NCBI RefSeq assembly: GCF_018350175.1
Contig: NC_058368.1
Span: 98,334,001 to 98,398,000, forward strand
Length of the DNA stretch: 64,000 bases
Direction: 5' to 3'
DNA from: Felis catus
Lineage: Eukaryota
Shown: one piece after another, positions 38,128 to 52,177 of the stretch
Layout: each line of letters starts with the position of its first letter
How positions within the stretch are numbered: position 1 is the stretch's first letter
Position numbers and translations under genes: made by a program
The notes under the pieces: generated by a model
Database searches by the model: none
What the model saw: only the letters and a program-made list of their open reading frames with translations
What the model was told of the DNA's origin: nothing

Positions 38128-38837
38128 AGTTAAATGAGATAAGTTTTCTGGGACAGAACTAATAAAGTTAGTGGTTTAAAGGCGAGTTAAAAAATTGTTT
38201 TTGTATTTTCTATTATTTTGAAGGTAGGTGCTATTGAAAACATCACTAAAAAGATGAAGAGCATAAAGGGATTGCCAAAGGCTGAATCTTAATATTTATG
38301 GATTAACATTTTCAGAAATATTTCTATTATCATTAATACTGGGCAGTTTTAAATTAGCAAAGTATTTCTAACAAGACAATATTTCTAACAAGGGCATCAT
38401 CAGCCACATGCCAGGCATTATGCTTAGTACTAGGGTTAATCAGTGAGCAAGACCAACGAGGAGCTGATCTCTTGGTGCTAAAATTATAATGGAATTTTCC
38501 TCTATTTGATGAATTGAACTGCTCACCATGTGGAAGGACAGCAATCAGAAACTCCAAACCCTCCTCACTTTGACTTTCCTAAATGTTAGATATAACTTTG
38601 TGCATCTGGACACGTGTTCCTAATGTAGCTGGATACATTTCTTTCACTTTCAAATTATATAAGGTACAGTAGAATTATTTTTCCTCACTTTATAAATGAT
38701 CTTTGTAAAAGTGTGAGTCATTGGTACGGTAGCCATTAAAACCTGAAGGAAAAAAGCAAGAACATAGAGGTAGTATATGATGCGACCACCTGTGAATGGC
38801 TTAGTAAGTTAGGATTTAATATGCACATCAGTTTTTA

Positions 38838-38886
38838 AAATTAAAAACACATATTTGAGAGAGCAAGCAGGGGAGAGGGGCAGAGG

Positions 38887-38935
<49 letters not shown>

Positions 38936-39076
38936 AGAGAGAGAGAGAATGAATTTCAAGCAGGCTCTACACTCAGTTGGAGCCTGATGTGGGGCTCGAT
39001 CTCACAACCCTGGGATCATGACCTGAGCCAAAATCAAGAGTTGGACGCTCAACCAACTGAGCCACCCAGGTGCCCC
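38838..39076 (-). mobile_element. CAN-SINE with long (GA)n
   Basis: TSD tgcacatcagttttta (38822) / tgcatgtcagttttta (39081). Confidence 0.95.
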
Positions 39077-39797
39077 ACTGTGCATGTCAGTTTTTACACA
39101 TAGCAAAATTATTTTTTGCCAAAGAAAAGGATCACAAATATTGTACTCTACAGAATTGACTAAGTAGAATGGGATGACCTTAATAAGAAAAAAAGGAATC
39201 AGTGACAGATAAGTTGTATTGTACCATGCTGTAGAAAAGTGGAGAAAATTATTTTTGGAAACTATCAGTGAGTGACAGGCCTGGGAAAAAATGGAGACAG
39301 CATGTCTCATAGACATAACTATGGAGATAAAGTAGATGATCGAATAACTCTTCTTTTTCTCCAATTTCATTGTTTTTCCATTAGAGTGGAACACGAGTTA
39401 TAGAAATCCAAGCCCCCACTGTGCTCTGTTTGAAGAACGAGGCATACTGCTGTTGATAAATACTATATCTCTGTCAGAAAGAGTAGAAATCTTGACATCA
39501 CCCCATGGGTTTCATTTTAAAATGAATATAAATGGCTTTAAGTACTTTTTATTGTTCTGTTTGTGTTGGAAGTGTGAGCCATAGGTCTTCCTATATTGCA
39601 CTGTAAATAAACAGTATGTCACTAGCATTAGACTCACTGTGATGGATGGTGTACCTTTCTCAACCCTCAATTGTCTCATTATCCAAGTTCTATTGGGTCA
39701 TTAAACAAACATTAGATACTTGCTCTCCCTGGAATAAAATTGCTCGCTTGGGACTCAGCTCCAGAATTATTCAGTAACTAAAACCCTTTGCAAAATT

Positions 39798-39801
39798 GTG
39801 T

Positions 39802-39844
<43 letters not shown>
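39798..39844. repeat. (TG)n microsatellite
   Basis: Direct reading. Confidence 0.95.
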
Positions 39845-39845
<1 letters not shown>

Positions 39846-39936
39846 ATATATAATGTAGATAGATAACTACCTAGCATTAATTTCAGACTGTATATGTAGT
39901 ATGCTTTGGTTTTAGGGCATGGCTAAGCATATAAAA

Positions 39937-40041
39937 TTCCTTCCTTCCTTCCTTCCTCCCTCTCCCTCTCTCCTTTCCTCCCCCTTCCTTCCTTCCTTCC
40001 TTCCTTCCTTCCTTCCTTCCTTCCTTCCTTCCTTCCTTCCT
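39937..40041. repeat. (TTCC)n microsatellite, interrupted
   Basis: Direct reading. Confidence 0.95.
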
Positions 40042-41174
40042 TTTTCTTTCGTCCAAAGCCTTCTGATTTTGTATACAATGTTTGGATGTTGGCTAATGTC
40101 CATTAGTTTATTTGAGATTTGTGTTTCTGTTTGTAATTCTTTTCTTACTGCTGATTGTTAACTGAAATAAGAGTCTCTCTCTTACAGAATGTTTCAGAGA
40201 AAACTGTGTAGTTGTGGATTATAAGGAGCCTACATTTCACAGAAGTCTGCAAGTTTCGTCTAAAAAAACCTAAATGATTAGCTCTAAGAGCCGAAGTACA
40301 CAAGGAAGGCAGCATTAATGTCTTGGCCCCTGTTCTTTTTCTTCCGTGGCTGTGAGGCTTGTTTTTTCATCTCTAGCCATTCATGAATTTTGGTATCCTT
40401 GGATGAAGATTAATTAGAGAATTGAGAACTGAACAGCTCACAGTCTATGTAGATAGTTTTTGATGATTTTCACTCTATTTTAGAAGAAATAATGGTGGCT
40501 TTATATATATACATTCCAATTCTTGCTGAGATAGAGAATCATGAAAATTAGGATAAGACAATGCTGTACAGTAGTGTCCATTTGAAAGCAGAAAAAATAC
40601 ACTAATTTTATATAATCCAAACACAGTTGTGTACTACTAAGAGCTTTAAGTAAATAGTCACTCTTACATGTCACAGGACAGGGACTAGGCCTTTAAAACT
40701 TACGCAAACATTTCCATCTTACCCTGTTTTTTGTTGTTGTTGGTTTTTTTTGTTTTGTTTTGTTTTAACCACAGGCATTACCCAGAGGGTGGGGAGATAC
40801 TTTTCAGCACTGACAACCAATCAGTACTCAATCTATCAACAATATTTATTGAACCTTTTCTTTGTAAGTTACTAGGACAGGCATTTTGAGAAATAAAGAA
40901 AAAATAGAAACATTGGCTACTTAAACTTAAAATCTAGTTAAAAAACAAAACATAATAATTAAAATTAACATATTAATGACAACTCCATATTGACAGCATA
41001 TGGACTAATTACTTTTTAGAATAACGAGTCACGTACTTTCACAGTGATTTTTGCCAATTTTCCTGCTTTCTTTTCCCATTTCCATCCAGTTGTTAGGATT
41101 TGAAATATGATGGGAGAGATAGGAGATGTCATTCTTTTTAATCAAATGAACAGAGTCTCAGAAAAATCTACATC

Positions 41175-41780
41175 TTTTTTCAGAGTTACTGAGGAATAAC
41201 TGACATAAATCACTGTGTAAGTTTAAGGTGTATAACATGATGGCTTGATTTACGTACATTATGAAATGATTACCACAGTCCATTCAGCTAACTTCTATCT
41301 TCTTTGTAGATACAATAAAAAGAAAAGAAAGAAGGGAAAAAAGGAAAAAAGTTGTTCTCTTTGTGATGAGAAACCTCAGTATTTAGTCTCTTTTATATCA
41401 TACAGGAGTGTTAGCTATCGTACTCATAGTGTACCTTACATCCCTAGTAGTTACTTATCTTGTAACTGGATGTTTGTAACTTTAGACCACCTTCTTCCAA
41501 TTCCTCCTCCTCCCTCCCTCTGCCTTGTGTAATCAAAATTGTGCTCCTGTTTGTGTAAGTTTGGTTTTTTGTTTTTGTTTTGTAGATTACACATGTTAGT
41601 GAGATCAAACAGTATTTTTCTTTCTCTGTATCATTTCCCTAAGCATAACGACTTCACGGTCCACCCATGTTGTTAAAAATGGTAGGATTTTCCCACTTTT
41701 CATGGCTGAATAATATTCCCTTGCATATATGTATATCACAACATCTTTATTCATTTATCCTTTGTTGGTTGTTTTCATGA
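41175..41780 (-). mobile_element. L1MA-like 3' end
   Basis: actgtgtaagtttaaggtgtataacatgatg, tagattacacatgttagtgagatc, catggctgaataatattcc. Confidence 0.82.
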
Positions 41781-42429
41781 AAGATCTACATTTGGTACTC
41801 GTTTCCACCTATCTTAACTGGTTTGGTATCACAGTTACCCATTTTACAGAATTGGGTCCTTAATAGGCATCACACTGAGGAAACTTAATTGCTTTGTGCA
41901 CACAACCTGAAAATTTAACACTTTAGAAATTGTTTGACCCTAAGAAAGAGTTATTCTTGTTACCAGTATTTATAAGGTATTTCTATTCTGTAGTTCCTGA
42001 GCTACCACATTTTTGAATCAAGGTTATATACAAAGGCATGTCTTCTGTAGGACTGCAGTTTGAAAGTCAAAAGCTATCAGATTTCATTGGAGAACCACAT
42101 ATATCCAGTGAAACCATTGTCTTTCTTGAGTCCCTGTGTATAGGCTTATGAAAAGAATGTCAACAATGTGCTATAAATTTTGAACCCTTTCATTAACTTG
42201 ACAGATAGAAATGTTCCTGGTAAGCTCTTATTTTGAGAAGTCTAGAAAGAAGTCTAGAAAATAAAGTTTGATGGGTCAGAATGGAATGGAATTGAGGAGA
42301 AAGCATGGGCCAATATTCCTAGTTTTTTTTCTGAAACTTGGCTTTATGGCAAGTTTATGGTTCTGAGGTTTTCTGCTGTGTGCCATGAAAGGAAGAGACA
42401 TGGTGGGCAAATCACAAAATTAAATACAC

Positions 42430-42487
42430 TGAATGAATGAATGAATGAATAAATAAATAAATACACACACACACACACACACACACA
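42430..42487. repeat. Compound (GAAT)n(AAAT)n(AC)n repeat
   Basis: Direct reading. Confidence 0.9.
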
Positions 42488-42990
42488 GATAGTATTCAAA
42501 GGCAAGAAGGAATAGTGAAGGTCATCCATTTCCTTTGATCAGTGCCCTATGATGTAAAATTTGAATACATAATGTGTCACTTCACTTAAATAGTTGATGT
42601 CATTTACATATGGAGATCCTATGTATATACATTTTTTAATTACAAACACTTTTTGGGTTAATGAAATTACTAATTACAGTTGGCAAGCTTAATGTGGCCC
42701 ATGGCATTGAAGAAGATATTGGATGTTTTTGATGTATTTAGTTTGCTTTTAAATTTGTCCTATCTTTCATTCTCAAGTCTTCCTTGGAATAATTTTAATG
42801 TCGGACATATTTTAAAATAGGATTTTCTGCCAACTCTGTGTAATACTTTTGATTTCATATTTGAAAGTTTTAAAACTAAGTGAATTAATATTTTGACTGC
42901 TGGCCACTTTGTGCAAAGTTTGAGTGGACTACTGTTGGTACGCAGCAAAGTAATAGTTCTGTGTATAATATTAAAGTAAAAAAGAAACAT

Positions 42991-43112
42991 GATGTGCCTG
43001 GATAGCTCAGTTGGTTGAGATCTGACTCTTGAGTCTGGCTCAGGTCATGATCCCAGGGCTCTGGGATTGAGCCCCACATCAGGCTCTGCACTTAGAGTAG
43101 AGCCTGCTTGGG

Positions 43113-43152
<40 letters not shown>

Positions 43153-43245
43153 CCTCCCTCCCTCCCTCCCTCCCTCCCTCCCTCTCTCCCTCTCTCCCTC
43201 TCTCCCTCTCTCCCTCTCCCTCTCCCTCTCCCTCTCCCTCTCCCT

Positions 43246-43276
<31 letters not shown>

Positions 43277-43375
43277 CCTCTCCCTCTCTCTCTCCCTCTC
43301 CCTCTCCCTCTCTCTCTCCCTCCCTCCCTCTTTCCCCCACTCATGCATGCTCTCTCTCAAATTAAGAAAAAAAAT
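42991..43375 (+). mobile_element. CAN-SINE with greatly expanded pyrimidine tract
   Basis: gtgcctggatagctcagttggttgag head; (CT)/(CTCC)/(CTCTCC) array about 43114-43338. Confidence 0.93.
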
Positions 43376-46300
43376 AAGTGGAAATATCCTCTGAAGGATT
43401 AAACTAGTGGCTTTTATGCAGTCACAATTTTTACCCTATGAGAATATCATAGACTTTAGACCATGGTGACAGGTTAGCTTTACATACTTATGTTTTAGAC
43501 GTGAGGTAGCTGAGGCACAAACAGTTTATGTAAATCTTTTGGGATGACCCAGTTACTTACCGGGAGAACATGCCCTAACAGTTGAGGTCCCCCTGCACTG
43601 TGGGGATTCTCTTCTTACCCTGACCAAAGTGAAGCTCCTTTTGAATTCTTCTGACCATTCCCATCACAGACATTACTGAAACCTGCCAATTTTATGTCAC
43701 AAATTTCACAAACAAGCTTTGCATGTGCTTTTTATTTTGAGTGAGGGGATGATCTCTTCAAATCAGTCTTTCGGTGGTATTGAAGGAACGTAGCAGCAAA
43801 AATCACACTACATGTGCTCTTACTTTCTCAGTATCACAGTATTAATTTAAAAAGAGAAGTTTTGTTTCAAAGTGGTACATACATGAAATATGTTATATGG
43901 ACTTGAAACATAGCTATATGTTTCTGTCACCAATTTTTTAATATTAATCCAAGGCCTTTTAAAAAAGTACTCAAGAATGAATCCTCAGGTTAGAGTTCAC
44001 ATCTTCCTTGTAGAAACTCTCCTACTCAGAATTTTGTTTGTGTTTCTCCAAAGTAGAAGGAAGTGTATTTGTGAAAGCAACTGAGTGCAGAATCCTTTAA
44101 GAGTTGTACAGTTTTTCTTCAAACATTAACAGTTTCTCATCCCTGTCTGGTTCACTGTTCTCTTTTTAAATGCTTTTCTCTTAAGTTACTTTCCTTTTAT
44201 ACTCATACTGTAATTAAATTCCCTACTTGCAGTTAGGAGTGTACAACTACTGCCATAAACATACTTGGGGTGATGCCAGGTGAGCCCACCAGTCACCCAA
44301 CAGAACAGGCAGACGCGGGTACATTAATGAGTACTTCCAATCTAATTGATACTGTGGGTTGGTCACGACAGAGGGCACAGGGAGCTTTAGTATTTTGGTT
44401 AATTGTTTTGTTTTGATGTTGGTTCCAAGAGCCTCTTTTGAACATAACGTTCTTATGTCATGAAAAAGAGCAAAATGGTATTTTTATTAGAAGGCAACAA
44501 AAGGAGATCTTCAGGGTTAAATTTCCCAGTGCTTGACCGCTGTCTCTTTTGATACCTGGATCTTCCTATTGTAGATATGGAGTGTTTAAGTAAATCACCA
44601 AACTCTGCAGAAGTTTCTGCATCACAAACTTTTCTCAAGGTCTGCTGAATGCCATGAAATCGCTTACCCTCTCAAACACAGGCCATGTATACAGAAAAAC
44701 TGCTCAAGGAAATGAAATTGGATTTAAATTGTCTGCAATTAAAACATACTAACTCTGGGAAATTTATTGAATCCCTTTTCATCTATAAAATGGGTATAGT
44801 AATAGCAAGTATTTGCAAATTAGCTATTACCATTAAGCCCAGCCAGCCTATAAAGCGTTATACTCAATTTTCAGTTTGGAATAAGAGTTATTAGAAGGCA
44901 AAAATAAAAAAAATTAAGTTTTCAAAGAATTGTGTCTTATGAGTTAGTCCTTGTATTTAAATAATGCTGATGAACTACTTACATCTCAAGTAATAGAGTT
45001 GATAAGGATGATAGAGTTGTTTTTATTTTTATAAATTCCACATCATGCAAAAAGTGGAATTAAACTGAGATTGTGGAAATAAAGATGAAGCTCTCATTGC
45101 TCTCTAAAGTACATTGTAATGGAGAGATAGATGTTATTTGATTTGAAAATTATGAAATTTATATGATGAAATGGTCTCTGACATGGCGCTCTGCCTGCCA
45201 TTTTTGACTTCAAGTTACTTTTGATATTTTAAGGACAACAAATGACTTGGGAAGGTACCCTGACTCACAGGAGGTATAATCGAAACCACAGTTCCCCTTG
45301 TCAGAGTGCAGTGGACTCTGCACAAACAGAATTGTGCACGTTTCTCTAATTGATTCCTGTTTGGTCATTTTATTTCATCTCAGTCCATGGTGTTGTTTTT
45401 GGCAAGCAGTGATGTCCTCGGGTAATATGCAATCTGTCTGTACTGTGGAAGGCTGGAGAATGACTACGTCCCTAAGGGCCTGTTTTATGACTTCAGATCT
45501 ACACACCCAACTTATCTGTATGTCGGTGGTCTGTCCACATGGAACAATGAAATTTTTATAGAATTGGACACTTCTGCCCTGGGGCTGTGTTGGTGTCCAC
45601 ATAGTAGCTCTGCAGTCCAACTTACAATTAGCAGAGGGCAAAGCCACATGGGGCCTTTCACAGAAAGATGCTCAGTCTCTAGTTTGGCCATGCAAAACTT
45701 GGCTCTAAGAAATCTCAGCAAAAGTGTTTGATTTCTCCCTCTTGCAATATGCAAAAAGAGCTAGCCTCTGTTGATTTTTCCAATTCTGCTTTGCCGTGTA
45801 GTAGAACCACCACTGGACCAGGTTCACATAACTGGGCATTATTCCTGGCCTTTCCTTGCTCTGGCTTTTCAAAAATACTGAAACTCTTGGATTTTTTTTC
45901 CTTTTTGTGAAATAATAGCTGGTTCAAATGATTTGTAAGATCTGTCTGACTCAACAAATAAATATATTTGACCCTCTTTTAAAATCTAACTCCTAAAACT
46001 CAGTCCTATTGCTATTTGAACATAGTGACTTGTAAAGTAACTAACTGCCTGTGCAATTTTTAAGAGATAAAATTTCTGCATACTATATCTATTGGGTTTG
46101 CTTGGCTTTGCTTTATTTTATTATTTTGGCTTTTGACTTAAGACCCAATGGAGAGTCCACTTAGAACAGAATGCATCCTCTTTGCGAAGTCTTGATTTTT
46201 GCCTTGGCTGATGACATATTTATGTATGGGAAGGGTTTCTTAGATTGGCTATATACAGGATATATAGGAGAGCTTTGGAGAATGTGCTCTTTATTCTTTG

Positions 46301-46974
46301 ATCATATCACAATGGCACTGAACGTGTAGGCTATCATCAAAGAACTATTCTTAGCCATCCTAATGTTACCAATGTGGTAGGTCTTCAGTGGCATGTATGT
46401 TTTCCTTATCACCTGATTTCTAGATTATGTAGTCGGTCTAAGAGATGAATGTTGTTTAAAACTAGAGTATGGTAAAAGACAGACTAGAATTTGGGGGATT
46501 TTCTAATTTGCATCCAATTTACATGTGATTTCCAGCTTAGAGTAACTTGAGTCCCAAGAACTTCTGGTTTTAAGTAAATTAATACTTGGAATGAACTCCC
46601 TCAGTCCTGAGAACCAGTATCCATGGCCTGGGAGTGAAACTATAAAATAATCTGTGCTTTAGGAGAGAGTCACATCAGTGGGTTTATGGTGTAATAAGGC
46701 TTGCTCTTGTCACAGTTAAGGGCATTCGCAGCTCATTGGTTACAGCTCAGTAATGGAAGCTGACTTCCATTTTTCCTCCTTCCCAGACAGCATGCAAGAG
46801 TCTTAGACCATTCCCTAAAATATGGGTCACAAGCTCATACTGAAGCCACAAAATCACGGATTAGCTTTGCTTTTTGGAAATAAGCATAGTCATGGGGAGA
46901 GCAGAAGCCAATATTTGATGTCTCAGCCCTTGAAGACTTGATAATAGAAAACTTATGATCTTTTAAAGATAAAA

Positions 46975-47432
46975 ATCAGACACAGTCCCTATTCTGTTTA
47001 AATCTATTTAATGGTTTCTCATCTCACACTACATAAAATGGACTTAACTAGCCAAGACCAACAAGGACTCAGCTGATGTGATCTTGTGTAACCTTGACTT
47101 TCTTTTCCCTCATTCTGTTCCTTTGTCGGTAAGCTTTAGGTACTCCTTCCTTTTTATGTGTTACTAAGCTCTTTCGTGCATTATGGCTGAGTACTAATAG
47201 TTGCCTCTGCCTAGAACACTTCTCCCCAAGATTTTAGTATCCCAGGCCTCTCTGGATCACTCAGAACTTAGTTTAAATATCCCTCAATGAAGATCATCCA
47301 GTTTAAATTAGGGCTCCAGGCAAGTCATAACCTTGACTTATTTTCTTAGTTTTTTTTTTTTCAGTCTCTCACGTTAGAATGAGAGCATATAGCAACTCCT
47401 AAATAAATAATGTTAAATGAAGAAATGAATGA
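46975..47432 (+). mobile_element. L2 remnant
   Basis: gttgcctctgcctagaacacttctcccc; ends gttaaatgaagaaatgaatgaa. Confidence 0.65.
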
Positions 47433-47599
47433 ACAAAATAAATTGAAACTTTTAAGTTGCTTATGGGTCATATTTTTAAATCACAATGTATTTTTAGTGA
47501 ACATCTGAGTTCTCTAAGACTTCCTGTGTGGTTTTAGTACAAGGAGGACACTCTCTGCATAGAATGGGTTAGAAATGGATTGTAGTTACTGATGATGAT

Positions 47600-48010
47600 A
47601 AGATTTTAGAAGCACGAACAGAAACTGGATGTGTTTGAAATAATCTTAGCAAGAAATTATAATGATTGTAAGTAGAAGTATAGTCAGGTTTGTGATGTAT
47701 TTGTGAATAGAGCTGTTGGTATTTGGTGATGGATTAAATGTGGATGTGAAGGAATGAAGGAATCAGAGAGGAATTCCAAGTTTTTGGTCTAAGCAAATTC
47801 ATGGATGATCTTCACATTTCTGGGATCTTAGGGATTAGTAGAGTGATCAAAATTCCTAAGTCTGATAAACTTGAGGTTCTAAATAAATTTATAAGTTTGG
47901 GGCTCATCAGCTTATTCAAGGATCAGGATATCACCTAGGCAAAGAGGAGAAATAGAAATATCTTACGTCACTCTAGTATTTGGAGATAAATGATAGGAGG
48001 AATGGACAGC
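47600..48010 (-). mobile_element. L2 remnant
   Basis: tatttggtgatggattaaatgtgg..ggaatcagagaggaattccaagtttttggtctaagcaa. Confidence 0.6.
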
Positions 48011-51000
48011 AAAATACATGAAATAAAGTCCTTAATTTGAATTAGCTTGGATACAGTTGTATTCTAGTCTGAACATGAAACACTTTGTTTCTTAGCATCT
48101 TGGGGCTTTAAGAGAGAAAATAAAGCAAAGAAGACATGACAACCCTTTATCAGCATAATATCCCATGCCTTTTAAAATACACCAAAGAGTATATAGTTCA
48201 TGTAATGAGGTAGCTGTGGCTTTTTTGAACCACTCCTACAATTTTTTAGCCTGTACCCAAGGCTGTATGACCCCCACTGAACCTTTAATTCATAACTTAT
48301 GATATATTATTTGCTGAGTTTCCATACAATAAAACAAAACAGTAGACATTTTTTTTCTCTTCTCTAGGAAAAAAAAAATGGCCAATATCCAAAGCTGAAG
48401 ACAGATGCCCTAAAAGCAGACATTTATTTCCATGCAGGGCTTTCTAGAAGGCACCAGCACAGAAATGACTCTCAGAGTCCATATAAGAAGAGTGTTGAGG
48501 GAAAATTGGGTATTCTTGGTCTTTCAGGAGGTACAGCGTTCTTGGAGAAAGGTATTTACTCCCTCTTCTACTTGAATCCAAGGGAGTGGGCTTCAGGAGA
48601 ATCACTTCCAAAGGTCAGGGTACCAAAATAAGGAGAACTGACCATTTTTCCCCCAGATGGAATTTTTTTCTCACTGAACTTTTTGATTTGGATCTTGCCC
48701 TCATGCCTCCCTGAGGAGAGAGGGAAGAGAATTAGAAAGCAGTGAGGGTGTTAATGATCCCACCTTTTCCACGGCAATGACACAGAAGTTTCCTATGGAA
48801 TAGTTGGGCACTTGAGCACTTCTGCTTGGCACGGCATTCTTTAACTTTCTCTTAGGCTTAACATGAGGGTTATTTGAAGAATACTTTGGATTATTCCCTT
48901 CTGGTTAAGCCCACTTCTTCTGTAAAGTCTTGGTTTCCACATCTTACAACTCCCTTTCATATCCATAAAAGATAATCTGTCCCAAGTTCTTCATTATTGG
49001 TGCTCACATGTGTACCGTTCTCCTTCTGCATCACCTAAGCTCATTACACTCAGGATATGTTGAGGTCAGAAATGTGTACATAGAGAAGTGGGTGTCCTTC
49101 TTGATAAAGGAGGAGCAGATCTTTGGAACTTTGAGTCTGTGTAAGCAGGAGGAAAAGAAAGGGAAAATTCTGGGAGAAAGTACTCATGACACACTTTCCT
49201 ACCTGGTCATAACTAACAGCTGAAGTGAACCCAGACCTTGAGAACGTCAGCTTTTTCTGCAGTGGTTCCCCCTTGTGCCAGGAGCAGTGTGGTATTTATT
49301 CATAGTAAATAGCTAAAAGCATATTACTAGAAAACAGTCACTGACATAAAATAAAACACTTTAAAAAAAATTTTTTTCCCAACTCTTGTTGGAGAGAAAC
49401 GAGTGTCCAAAGTGTAAACTGAATTCTTTAAGAAAGTAATTCCTGAATTCATTCCACCTTAAGTTGCCAAATTTTATTTTTCAAGGAGGAACATTCAAAA
49501 ACATGATCTCTTGCCATTATTTAATTAAAAAGTAAATATGACTACTGTTAACTGATCCACCCACACACACTTAACACCTAACCTCACTTTTCTTAATCCA
49601 TTGCAAATCAGTGTACCCTGTCTTCATGACTCTTTGATCCTACACCAGCTCTTTGGATGGTTTGAAAATCTCTAATTTCACAGAATGTGCTGGCTTTCCT
49701 CATAATCAAAAAAACAGCTGGCAATTTGAAATTCTCTTAAAGTAAAGCTGTAGGAGTTTACAGGAAGGTTTTCAGAGTAGGAAGCTGGCTGAATTTTAGG
49801 TGGAGGGGTGTGATGGGTCAACCAGAGAACTTACCTAGAGACTTCACTTGCACAGCAAGCCAGTGGTTCTCCCAGAAGATTGGTGTCTTTGCAGTGGGAC
49901 AGAGGTGCTGATGGGCTAAAATCTCAAGTCCTTTCTGGGGGCTGTCGTGACTTACATCGTATTGATATACTGTCTGCATCTGTAATTGAGGTCTCTGTGA
50001 TATCCATTTTGCCTGCATGTGGAAACACATATGACCACATTATTTTAATATAGTTTTCAGAGACTCACACTTTGGGGTGGGCTCAAGGCACTAAGGAAAA
50101 GAACACTGAAATCCACAGTAAGTATCTGACCTTCACAAGGAAAATGTTATTTCAAAAATAAATTATTTCTGGTTGGGAAGTGATACCATTTTTTCATTAT
50201 ATGTGCTTGCTTGGAATTCTAAAAATATTGGTTGGGAGATGCCTGAGTAAAGGTTGAAACAACTTTTTATGAGCACAAAATGAATCTCTTTTTCATGCTT
50301 TCTTAATTCAAAAGCAAGAGATAGATTTTTTTTTTAGGATTGAAAGAAAAATTTCTTTTATGTTAACATGAAAAAGAAGTTTTAGCTCCTATAAACATTA
50401 CACAGGCGTCTTCAAAGCATATAAAAAGAAGTGTTTAGGTAGAATGGCTCTTTCACCTTTAAATTTAGCATTACCTCTGTTATTTCATAAAAAAAAAAAA
50501 TGAAAGGATCCTTTTCTGCAAAGGGTAGACATGCTTTATTTAAGCCCTTAAATTTTATTATCGATTGTTCAACTTGGTCTAAGTTCCAAGTACTGTTTCT
50601 AAAGTCTCAAGTGTGTGTGTGTGGAGATGGAAAATGGGATGAAAAGGTAGCTTGGTATCAGCTTACAATGACTGTGGTCCTAACTGAAGCTTATGTGTAT
50701 TGATGAATTATAGAAGTAGAATGGAGGGGGCAATTGGAGTCATGCCAAACTTTTCCTAATTAAACCTCACCAGGCAAGATTGTTCATCACATTTTTTTTC
50801 AGCTTCTTGGAGTTAAGTTTTACATCCTGAGCTAGATTTTCTCATTGTGAGTTTAAAGAAACAGACTAAGGAAATTTTTCCTGCCTTTCCGTTTTAAACT
50901 TTCTTTTTGAATTGGATTAAAATTTCTCCAGAATCCTAACTATCCTTTCCACTTTTTATCTAATCCCCATCAAACTGAACTGTAAGTGTTTCTCTGTACT

Positions 51001-51229
51001 CTGATAAAAAAAAAAAAAAAAAGTTTTGCCTCAATTATACATCAGATTGCCTTCAACATGTACTATTTAAAAAACTGTATGAGAGTTCAAAAATGATCTC
51101 ATTACACTGTTCTCTCAAGTATTGTCATCCTGGCTATAATTCAAAATAAAATTGGCATTACACCACATATAGATTGATTTATTGATTATATTTGAGTGCA
51201 CTTTGTATTTTGTCATGCACTGTGTTTTA

Positions 51230-51438
51230 TTTTTTCCTTTTATTTATTTATTTTTTTTAATTTGAGAGAAAGAGAGATGTGTGGCAGAGAGGCAGAGAGT
51301 AAGGGAGAGAGAATCTTAAGTAGGCTCCACACTCAGCATGGAACCTGATGCAGGCCTTGAACTCATAAACCTTGGGATCATGACCTAAGCCAAAATCAAG
51401 AGTCTGTCGCTCAACTTACTGAGCCACTCAGGTGCCCC
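51230..51438 (-). mobile_element. CAN-SINE
   Basis: TSD-like tgtgttttattttt / tgtgctttctttt. Confidence 0.94.
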
Positions 51439-51989
51439 TGTGCTTTCTTTTACTTCTCTAAACAGATCAATAATTCCATCTGTCTGGCTTAAGAGGGAAC
51501 TCCTGCTTGGGAATACAGGCCCTCCCTTTTCCAAGACATTTTCCCCCCGGTCTAGGAAGGCATTTACTTCCCATTCAAAAAGTCAGTAGACTCTCATTCT
51601 TTTATGCATTTACTTTGAAAATTTTCCCAATATTTTCACATTGGAGCACCCAAAAAATTATCTGACCAAGTTCTTCTCATAAGTAAGGAACATGTATATT
51701 AACTACACTTTGAAATTTTAGTAGTTCATTTATTTCTTGAAGTTCTAGAGGTGTAGTTTTCTGAAAATAACCTAATTAGGCTAACACGGACGTCTCTTTC
51801 TTCCTAGTAACTAAGGACCACTCCCGGTCTTGCTTCCGGTAACAAACAATCCAGTATTTGGGGAACGTGTGCCAGGTTCTACAGGGTCCACAAGAGTGTT
51901 TAAGGAATTTGGCTTTGCATTCAGTGAGCTTAAGTTGCAAAGACAAAATGAAACAGCATGACATAAAGATAAGATTACAGGCTTCAAAT

Positions 51990-52177
51990 CTGTGGTGTGA
52001 TGGTCACTGTTTAACGACTCGCGCTTGGTGGTAGTTTTGCTGATTACCGCTGGTGTCGGTACTCCTACCACGGCTGATTCCAAGCTGCTGATGGTTCAAT
52101 AACTGGTTGCCAAAATTCCTGAGAACTTAACAATGGGCTCCCTTGAACACGCAGGAACCAGCTGTAATACACCACCG
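51990..52177 (-). mobile_element. MER63A-like hAT DNA transposon fossil
   Basis: Terminal inverted repeats ctgtggtgtgatgg / gctgtaatacaccaccg; internal tactcctaccacggctgattccaagct, aaaattcctgagaacttaacaat. Confidence 0.8.

Noticed and set aside
43045..43402. ORFs rich in RE/GRG/SL dipeptides
   Set aside because: Translations of the SINE pyrimidine microsatellite.
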